Origin: Klebsormidium nitens
Taxonomy: Eukaryota; Plantae; Klebsormidiophyceae
NCBI GenBank assembly: GCA_000708835.1
Contig: DF237059.1
Span: forward strand, 1 to 64,000
Reading direction: 5' to 3'
Length of the DNA stretch: 64,000 nucleotides
Positions 1 through 9,872 of this stretch are shown here, piece after piece; the first letter of the stretch is position 1, and every line of letters begins with the position of its first letter. The notes beneath the pieces were generated by a model. It was not told where the DNA came from. It saw only the letters and a program-made list of their open reading frames with translations, and did no database searches. The translations under genes and the position numbers were made by a program.

Positions 1-794
1 AACTCCAATGTCAATTGTCCTTGTGGGTCCTACATCTTAGAACCGTACAAGTCAAACTTAACCATGCTTTTATGATCGCCGGTTTAAACAATCTCCCAAG
101 TCGGTAAAATCGAAGTCCTGGAAAGACAGGAATGTCATCTGCTGACGGTTCCTTCCATACTGCCATCAGCTGACTTAGGTACTTCAGACTTAGGTCCGAT
201 CTGTAAAGGACTTTGACGAGCAATTCACCAAAGTGACGGTGTAAGGGCAGGTGCGTAATGAGCCGCGGATCGGGTTTTGCAAGTGGTATATACGGGAGTC
301 CCTTGGGCGCTCTCTGTGTCAGGTGCACCCCAGGAACCGGACTTCATTTGAAGCGGAGCATCCTTCATAGCTGCACTTGAGTAAAGCGTCACGCATGAAC
401 AGCCTTAGAGAAGGAGAGTCGTCTTTACACGAAACTAAAAAAGATGTCACATGCAAGCTTGGCCAATACGAATACAAAAAAGACAGAATCCACAAAGACC
501 CTGGCCTGCTCCGCACCCTAGCCTCCCGGCCTGGCTACGAACTAATCCTACCTGTCCCATGCAGAGTGCGGTTACCGTACTATCTGTACGGCAATGAAGC
601 GGTGCTCGTTTGCGGCCCATTTGCAAGCAATTGGAACCTTTCGTGCACATTTCGTGCAGTCGAACACATCCCCCACACCTGAAAAGATAAGGAAGGTTGT
701 AAACATCAACCTGAACTAAGATCTTTGTGTTGTATTTCCACATCAAAACCCACGCGCGCTTTTGTCGTTTTGATCCCCTTACGGACTCTTGCAG

Positions 795-1675
795 GCACCG
801 CCGTCCTTCCAATGGCCTTGTCGACGCCTGGTAAGCTTCCGTACCTCTCTTGACCACCTATACACTAGCTAACCCGATCCCATTCTAGACTGAGTATAAA
901 GTGAGCCCCTGTTTGGAACCGGCCAATGGTGACTGGATAATTTTGTTTCTGCAGCTGGCCTTGTAGCGTGGTCAATTACCATTAGCACGACTGGAGCCGA
1001 TTGCCTACTTTGATGCCCTCCTAAGAGACTCAAAATAAAGCATGCGAAGTCACTTGTCGCTTTCCCTCCGTATAAGTACTTCGTCCACGATTCTTTATTT
1101 CGTGTATGTTCCTACATCTTGCATGAAGTAGCCTTCTACCTTTACGCAGTAAAACACTTGGATAAGTAACCACGTATACGTACATCAATCCTGATCATGA
1201 TCATCGTCGCGGCGAAGCAATTAAGGCTCGTGCCATGTGGAGTGTATCTCAAAATCATGATTGCATTTAACCCGTTCTGATCCTGCTTCCCTCCACTCTC
1301 AACCTGACGCAATACTTTCTACATCTCTGCGCAGGTCCGCCAACTGGCAACCTGACAGCCTGTATCAAGATCGGGTTCGGCCGAAACGTCAACTGTTCCG
1401 CCGTTTCGACCCCCTTCGGCCCCGGTAACTCGACCAACTGCGTCTGCGGGGCTTACACCGGGGGCACCCTCCTCACCCCGACCGTCTGCCAGGCCACCGT
1501 GCAGTGCTCCACATGCACCCGGGGCTGCAACCGGGACGCCGACTGCTTCCCCGGGTACAACTGCGCCGCCGGCTGCGGCGGAGCCCCGACCCCAACAACC
1601 ATCAGAGCGCAGAAATTCACCAGGATCTGCCTGCCCAACTGTGGCACGGCGCCTAACAACAAGACTGGCTGCTAG
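795..1675 (+). CDS. 3' exons of a Cys-rich secreted-type protein, paralog 1 (5' exons unresolved)
   Basis: Terminal exon 1335-1675 follows a gcag acceptor and reads (G)PPTGNLTACIKIGFGRNVNCSAVSTPFGPGNSTNCVCGAYTGG...CNRDADCFPGYNCAAGCGG...CLPNCGTAPNNKTGC*. It has 14 Cys, all shared with the paralog at 8615-8967. Probable upstream phase 1-1 linker exon 795-830 (TAVLPMALSTP). Confidence 0.7.
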
Positions 1676-2471
1676 CCTGAGAGTGTGAAGTTTGAGACAG
1701 GAAGAGGGTCTCTCTAGCCGAATCAGACAGGGAGCGCCGTCGAGTCACGCAGCAGCTTTGAGATTCCAGTACACTTTTTAGGCAGCTATGCCGGACAATA
1801 TCGCCTGTTATTACTCGCAAACATAGCCACAATCCGCCTCGGCCTTTCAACTAGGCCGGTGCAACAACATACGGACTAGCTAGACTCATATTAATATCTG
1901 GCGATCGAGTTGTCATGGTTTGGCACGGCAATCATGCATGGCGGTGCTAGTGCCATATGATTCAGCGCGCACATAAGATCCAACAATCATTACAATTTCC
2001 ACACAACAATCAGGATGAGACCTGAAACATTTTTTCTCCAAGCAAACACCCAGATTGGAATGACTTTATGTTTATCTGAGTCGATCGATCTACAACTCAG
2101 TGCACTGCATCGACCTCCAAGTGCGAGCAAAATAAACGGTGATTTGCATGTATCGCCACATGTATGATCGACTTGCGACGCAGACGGGCTCTGATTGAGA
2201 GTAACACTCAGAAGCCGCACAGACACATGAAGGCCATCCAAAGTTCACGAACGTGACTCGATCATTATGGCATAATTTAAGTTGGCTGTTGCATAACTGG
2301 CCTCTGTGCTGAAGAATAGGAGTACGTGGATGACCCGAGCTGCCGACGTTGTTGCACGAACTGTCGTATTGTACGGGCACGCCAGATGGCGTTGCTGCGA
2401 TTCTCTACGACTGCTTCTCTTCAGGGCTCACAAAAGCGCGCAAAGCCGGTACATCTCAGCGAAGGGCCCGG
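1075..2471. repeat. Segmental duplication copy 1 (~1.4 kb; partner ~8367-9744)
   Basis: Shared intron words (ttctacctttacgca, cctgacgcaa), a near-identical exon, and shared downstream words (ggactagctaga, cttctcttcagggctcacaaaagcg, gccggt). End points approximate. Confidence 0.8.
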
Positions 2472-5208
2472 CAATAAGGCGAGTACTGCGTATGACTGCG
2501 GGAGGAACTAGCGGTGGCGAGGAATTGCGCGGCCGACTGGCGACTGTGAAAGACGAAGTGCTGATCGCCTGCGCACCACAGCAAGGCGGGCGCGCGCTCT
2601 TCGCGGCCGCGAAGGCGCTGCGTGCGAGCCGCATTTAAGTTTGAAGGGTGGTAAGCTATAGCGCCCCGTGACGACGTTGCTCAGCGTTTCCGTTTTCGGG
2701 CAGGGTTTGGCGCGCCCGGCGCCGCGAGAGGAAGCTACGCGCGGACAGCGGGACTGCGGCTGCATACGTACGTACGCGCTGCGCCGCCGTCGATCGTGAG
2801 CCTGCGGCCCGCTTTCTGAGCGGTTTGAAGGTTCTGGCCGGCTCGGCCTCGGAGGCAATCGCTGCCACGTGGCTTCGGTCGGCCGCCTCGGCGCTGGCCA
2901 CGCTGGCGAAGAAGCGCCGGAAGGGGACAATTGATGACGTTGTGCTGACAAAGCACTCAGGGGCTCCTTGGAACGTAACGACAAAGAAACTTCGGAGGGT
3001 TGAAGACAACCACCTCCGCAAGTCGCCGGTCTGGGAAGCACGGTCTTCAAAAACGTTTGGACTGCGGATGGACCACGTTTGATCGTTTTTTTGGGCCGGC
3101 CCTTGAGCCCGAAAATCAGGGCCAATCAAGCCTGCAAGAACAATAACGGGGAGCCCCGATTTGGCGCCCCACTAATTCGTGGTCAACTGACAGGTCTCCT
3201 TCACGTTGGTGTTTACCTGCTTATTTTTTCGAGTTAACGTTAATTAATCTACAAAGAATTGGGACTAAAGTCTCACAGATGGTCTCACAGATAGGCCTCA
3301 ACTTAATGCAAGGTTGACCCTCTAGGTCTCAACTCGTCATGAGACGTAGGAGCTCCGGTCAAGACCGCCCGTTTGCATCCGTGTTTTCAAGTTCGACTTA
3401 TGCACTATGGAATCCATGTAAAGGTGGCACCCTTTTCTCCCTCTAGAAAAAGCCGGACGCAAGAGATAAAAGGGCGGCAAGCGTACCATAGAGGGAGTTT
3501 TAAATGGGGCTACTGTGTATACCCTCCGGTCGGTCGAACATGGTCATCGAATGTTAGACGGGTCCTCCTGATTCCCGCAGGCCCTCCTATATCCAATTGT
3601 ACCGTGCAGCCACGGGAGTTTCATCATACCTTATAAGCAATCTCTTCGCGAGGGTGGAAACACCAACCGCTTATAAAGTGTCTCTGATGCCAAATTTCCA
3701 CGGCCATCGGCTGAATCATGGCAGTCAAAGGATACACAAATCCGTCCGGACTAGTTCAAATTCCGAGCACCTTTTCAGTGCTCTTGCAATTGACTGCTAT
3801 CTGGACTCCTACCGGCGACTTCCACACCTACCACCAACGACGCATCATTCGGGATGGGCATGAAGACGGCGGTTGTACATAGAAGACTTTAGATCGTTAT
3901 AAGCATCTTAGCTTCTTTGTTGATTTGCGCTCTCCACCCACTAGTGCAACTGGACCCCGTCACCGTCCTGATACATTAGCTCAGTCTAGTATGCTTTGTT
4001 TGCTGGTAGACTTGTTGCGGATACCCCAGTATCCCCAGTAGTGCTGCAAGTTCAGTAGATCAGTTTAAGAACTAGTCGGTTTTCAACTTTCTCTGTCATG
4101 ATGATGAACGCTACAGCTCCATGCTTCGGTACGGGCTTAGAATTGAAGTATACATACATACATGGTCCAACCTCGGGGTCGAGGTCTACAAGGGTGTGAA
4201 TATGAGCGCTTATGCGGGAGGCGAAAACCGTCGAACCCAACCTTGTGCTGGCTTTGAGCGCTCGTCGCCCTGTGCCTCCGAAAAGACGACTCAACGGCCA
4301 CGGCCCACAATCATGGCTTCCGAGCGTCTTTGTTTCCTCGTTCCGAGTTCATTGAGCCTCGGGATAAAGAAAGGAAAGAGGCCATTCTTCTCTCCCTTTT
4401 TGCCGCAAAATAGGCTTCAGCCGCCCCGCCAGCGAAACCCAAGGATCTGCAATGAGATGCAATCCGAGGACGCAAAAGCTGCGGTGTATCATGTGAAGCT
4501 AGATTGGAAAACGAACTGGCGCAGAATCGAAGTTGTAAGGGGATGACGTATCCGGCCAGGTCCTGCTGTTTGCTGCAGCCCATTCAGGGGAGAATATCGG
4601 AAGATCGTCCAAAGGGGAGACTTAGAATCTTCACGACTGAAGTTGCGTCTTGCTGTGTGATTTCAACCACTTGTCAATGTAAGATCAGTCCCTCCGCTCC
4701 TGCGTTGTTCCTCCTCCCACCTCAAACGCAATATCAGCACAAGCTTTTGCCCTCCGATCAGCAAGAAGACCCGCCTGGTGGTTTGCTTGCCATCTAGTGC
4801 ACGCCCGCCAGAATGGATTCCAAGCCACCCCCAGCTGTTTTCGTCGCACTAGTTCTACTCTTCCTGGTCGCGGACGGGTCAAAGGTGGGGTCGTCCTCGA
4901 ATTCTTTTGCTGACTGTCCTGGTTGAATTTTGGCTGTATGATGTTACTTCCTGACATTCGCTTGATTCTATTCAATCTGAAGCGCATGCACTAGTTGCCG
5001 ATGCAGTACTGGAACAGTTAAATCTGACATTAATAACATTAACCTACACTTCAATCGCTAAGAAGCAGATCCATCCTGTGTATGGGGCTAGGGTCTACGG
5101 GCCTCCCTTCAAAACCAATTCTTGCATGGGGTCTCACCTCTTTTTAAACGCATCTAATCTGGATTGAGCGGCTACGTTCTCCGAATAGTTGCGTTTTTTT
5201 GTTGGAGA

Positions 5209-5587
5209 NNNNNNNNNNNNNNNNNNNNNNNNNNNNNNNNNNNNNNNNNNNNNNNNNNNNNNNNNNNNNNNNNNNNNNNNNNNNNNNNNNNNNNNNNNNN
5301 NNNNNNNNNNNNNNNNNNNNNNNNNNNNNNNNNNNNNNNNNNNNNNNNNNNNNNNNNNNNNNNNNNNNNNNNNNNNNNNNNNNNNNNNNNNNNNNNNNNN
5401 NNNNNNNNNNNNNNNNNNNNNNNNNNNNNNNNNNNNNNNNNNNNNNNNNNNNNNNNNNNNNNNNNNNNNNNNNNNNNNNNNNNNNNNNNNNNNNNNNNNN
5501 NNNNNNNNNNNNNNNNNNNNNNNNNNNNNNNNNNNNNNNNNNNNNNNNNNNNNNNNNNNNNNNNNNNNNNNNNNNNNNNNNNNNNNN
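5209..5587. other. Assembly gap (379 N)
   Basis: Run of N directly visible. Confidence 1.
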
Positions 5588-5816
5588 CTCCAACATTTTT
5601 CACACTCTTATGTGCTCAGAGGTACCCCGGAATGATTGAGCGTGAGCGTCTAAAGGGGAAGACTACACAGGACGTCGTGCTTTAAGGCGTGAAGCTGGCC
5701 TGACGTCAAGCATGGCTGGTCGCTTACTGAGCGTAGGTGACATCGTCTTGCGGGGTCTGCAATATCCCACCCTTTCATCACGTGGCTTTTCACGTGTGAC
5801 TTTCTCGTATGTCCAG

Positions 5817-8800
5817 GTGTTTGCCAGCGAGGACTCCGTTTCGAGCCGGTTGGATTTCCGCGGCGGAAATATCGAAGGCCCCCAGCGGAAGCTGCTCCAG
5901 ACCCCGACCCTTGAACCGACACTTGGTAAGTAAAGACTCTGCTTCGGGGGATTGAGGCTGGTTCTCTCATTCATTTTGTTAGCTTCAAAACCGTCTGCCA
6001 GATCTGATTGATAGTGCTCTCCGGTTAAAGAGGGCATACATAGATGCATCTGAATCTAGCGACCCGTAGTAGACTACGGACTGGGGCTGTTTCCGTCGCT
6101 CATTCGCACGCGCTGGATTATTGCTGCAAGACCGGAAGCACTCTTCCGCATCAAAGACAACGTGACAGCCACGTAGGCTCCTAGAAACCCAACGCTAACG
6201 GCCTTTGCATAAAGGAATTTCAAAAATCCGGTCAATTCTGCAGGTACAGTGGCTGCCATATGCCCTGCCAATGACTCGAGGTTGAACCCATTAAGACAAG
6301 TGGCGTGTGAGTACATTGTCGAAAACGCCCCGGCCGTAAATCCGATTGGAGCGGCCACGACTTGTACCTACAATGCAACCGGTGCCCTCCTGAGTTCTTC
6401 GCTTGCTGTTACCCCAGAATTAGTTGGGGCTACAGCGAACCTAACCTCCTGCCCAGGTAATACGAAAGGTGTTGTTTGACTTGGTGTCAACTTACCGCTG
6501 AATAAAAATAACTTCATAGAATGATCCCATCTACTGCGATCCAAAGCGTACGTGTCATAGATGCAGGCGCCGGGGCGCTTCAAGTGCAATTTGAAGAACG
6601 GTCAAAGCGCCGGATGCAAGCCTTGGATCTATCGTTTGCACCTGTGATTTCTTTCCGACCGCACGCAGTTTTGCCTAGCTTATAACCTACACAATGTAAA
6701 CCAGTTACACTTTGGAGATTGTTCAAAACGGACTGTAGGACTGTTTCAAGCTCCGATCTGGATTGAACTCTTAGTTCTGGATTGTGCATCAGCATTATGA
6801 TGCGACTTCAATGCAAAACAGGCGTCAAAGGTCTTGCTGGATCGTTACGTAGCAATTCCTCAAATTTTTCAGAGCCAGGTGGAATTGGCATACATGCAAT
6901 TCAAAGAGGCCATGCAGCACCTTGACTGAGAAGACTAACGCAAAGAATACGAGTCGTTTCGCACCTATTCGCACCCTAATGTTCCGCACTTCCGCCCTCG
7001 GCCCCCTTCTGTGTGCTGAGTAGTTGCCAATCGGCCATTTAGCCAAACCTGGCTTTGCCGTCCCTCTTCGTTGCAGGAAGCACACCTGATCCCAATTCAT
7101 GCCCTGCCAATGCGTCATTTGATGCATTGATTGGGTTTGCTCGTCGTCGCAACATATCATTGGACTTCCAGCTCCTCAACGTCTTTCGGTGCTCCTACTT
7201 CAATCGAGCGGGAGCGTTTCAGGGAACCTGTAACTACCGGCAAGACCGCCTTCTAATAGGTTCTGAACCAATCGAATACTTCTATACCGGCTGTCCGGGT
7301 GAGTGCACCCGTATTTGGGTACCAGCTACCTGGGTAAGAAACTTCAAGCTATGTGAATGCATCGTCTTTTCAAACGGGGAAGTAGAGATTCAACGGCTTA
7401 CGTTTTTTCACGCTGCTGATTTGGATCCTCTCATGTTGCTGACATACATTATAATACAACGCTCCCAACGGCGTCGTTATTTGGAGCTTGCCTTATCTGA
7501 GAAAGGCGGTTTTCAAGGGACTTCGCATCCGATTACGCAGCGGTAGTTGTTCTTTATTTGTGATAAGTTTCTTGAATTCGACCCGGCCTCGAAGTGCACG
7601 TAGAACGAAACGCGTTGCTCCGCTGAACCTGTTAAGTGGCACAGACGACCTTTTCAAGTAACTTCAGCGTGCGCTGATCTCCCAGCCGGACGGGAAAGCT
7701 AGAAACTCAACAATAGTCAGCAATGCTTGCTTATCGGCGACCGTTCTTTATGTCCAATGATCCGGAGGTCGAAAATCCCAAGGTTGCCACTCAGCGCCAC
7801 CTCGGAACCAGTGGTCTGTAGTAAAGCAGAACCACTCCTTTGAAAAAAAAGATCAAGGACCGATTCTTGCAATCGAGGGCCAGTCCTGCAAAGAAGAAGA
7901 AGAGGGCTGTCAATAGTCTCTCATGATCTCGAGTTCGTGTCTCGTGCATTGCTTTGATCGCCGCCGCCCGCTTCGTTTTTGCTCACGGTTACGTCACTTC
8001 GAAACGTGTGCAGAGTACAGCATTCCCGTGCCCTCAAAGACGCCGATTCCCAGCCCAACAAGTGAGCCACGCTTTAGACCCGCTTCGCAGTTGACCTTAC
8101 GTCGTAGCATCAGGCTCAAAAATGATGTAGGCCTCTACGTACATGTATACAGAAAGGTGCTTACTAAGCTTGGTCAGCCTGCAGTTGCACAAAATGCTCA
8201 GCGTTTGGCGCGGTTGCATGACTCTGGCAAGGAACTACGGCCGTCAGCATGAAAGGAGCCAAAAGCCGAAGTAGGTGCCACCTAAGTGGGTCGGCAACAA
8301 ATCTTGCGGAATGAGGAGTCGCTTCTCTTTCCGAATCACTGAGCCGATATAGAGAGGTGTAGATAGGTAATTGGTTCGCGCCATTTGATTTCGAAAGAAG
8401 GGTTCCTGCTTCTTCTTTCGGATCATTTCTACCTTTACGCATGTAAAGCTGACGAGAAAGTAGACATCAAGCAGCTTGATCGTCGTCTCGAAGAGAAAAG
8501 GCTTGTATCAAAATGTATCTGAAATCCTTGCGTAGCTTCAAGACAGTTTCTTTACGCGTTCTATCCTGCTCCTCGCTTGACCTGACGCAAATACTTGGAT
8601 TATATTCGACGCAGGTCCGCCACAGATTGGCAATCTGACAGCCTGTGTCAACATGGTCTTCGCTGGGGAGAAATTTATTAACTGTTCCGCCATTTCGACT
8701 CCCTTCGGCCCCGGTAACTCGACCAACTGCGCATGTGGGGCTTACACCGGGGGCACCCTCGTGACCCCGACCGTCTGCCAGGCCAACGTGCAGTGTGATG

Positions 8801-8967
8801 CATGCACCCAGGGCTGCAACATGGACGCTGACTGCTTCCCCGGGTACAACTGCGCGGCCGGCTGCGGCGGAGCCCCGACCCCACAGACCATCACCGCTCG
8901 GAAGTTCACCGGAATCTGCCTGCCCAACTGTGGCACGGCGTTTGATAACGTGAATGGCTGCTACTAA
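5817..8967 (+). CDS. Modular Cys-rich secreted-type protein, paralog 2 (exons 5817-5925, 6244-6456, 7077-7298, 8014-8061, 8615-8967; start/signal exon not found)
   Basis: The five GT-AG exons join in frame with phase-1 junctions. They encode an RKLLQ pro-region, two 4-Cys modules (CPAN..CxY..TCxY..CP), a Pro/Ser/Thr linker (EYSIPVPSKTPIPSPT) and a 14-Cys terminal domain. Confidence 0.75.
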
Positions 8968-9744
8968 GAGAGTGTGAAGCAATGATTCGTGGAGAGAACG
9001 AGAGGGGCTGTATCGCTGTAGCCGGTGATAAGAGCGACGTCGAGTCGCGCAGCGACTTTCGAACTCCGTCTTTGGGCAGGCCGGAAAATTCGCTTATAAG
9101 TTCGCAAACGTAGCCGGAATGCGCCTCGGCCTTTCAAAGACCGGCCTGCCAAATTCAAAGGACTAGCTAGATTGGACCCATACTAGTTCTCTTGAGCGAC
9201 CCGTCATATCGGCAATGATGGCGGCCACCGCCAGAATCCAGCATAGAGATCCAGCAATCAAAGAATGTCCACTCGACATCAGAGTGAACCCGAAAGTTCT
9301 TCGATCATTCAATCCATGGAGGTTCACTTTAATGCATATGCATATGCAAACAGTCGGATTTGTTGACTTCATACTTGGTCGGCTCTATTATTCAATGCGC
9401 ACCGTCAGAAGAAACGATCGACTTGCACTCCGTCACATGTACGTATGATCGTCTTTCATTTGGGCTCTTAATTGTAGAGAGACATTGAAGCATGCAGGCC
9501 ATCCAAAATTTGCACGGATCATTGATTGGGTTGATGCATGCCTTGCATGTGCGCTGCAGATTAACGAAGTGGAAGGGACCGTACCTGGGTAAATCGATCT
9601 GCCGATGTTATCGCAGGAATTGCCAGGTCGCATTGAGGGCATCATTGGCAGTTGCTGAAACTTTTTCTGCGGTTGACGGCTTCTCTTCAGGGCTCACAAA
9701 AGCGGGCAGAGCCGGTTCACCTCATATGCAGCAGAAGGCCCGGC
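8367..9744. repeat. Segmental duplication copy 2 (partner ~1075-2471)
   Basis: Same shared words as copy 1. Similarity ends near gaaggcccggc (~9744). Confidence 0.8.
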
Positions 9745-9872
9745 GACGTGGCAAGCACCGCATTGCCGCGTTCTTTGAAGGTACTCTGCCTGAGGACTTG
9801 ACTGGCCAGCGCAAACACAATTCTGAGTTTCTTGGCAGGGGGACACGTTGAGCGAGCTTAGCTGTGTCCTAC

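Noticed and set aside
2508-3129. 205-aa and 157-aa minus-strand ORFs
   Set aside because: Arg/Ala/Ser-rich and typical of GC-rich non-coding DNA; no recognisable motif.
3161-3170. tggcgccc resembling a retroelement primer-binding site
   Set aside because: Only 8 bp, with no adjacent LTR pair or gag/pol ORF.
5144-5685. ORFs spanning the N gap
   Set aside because: Artefacts of translating N bases.
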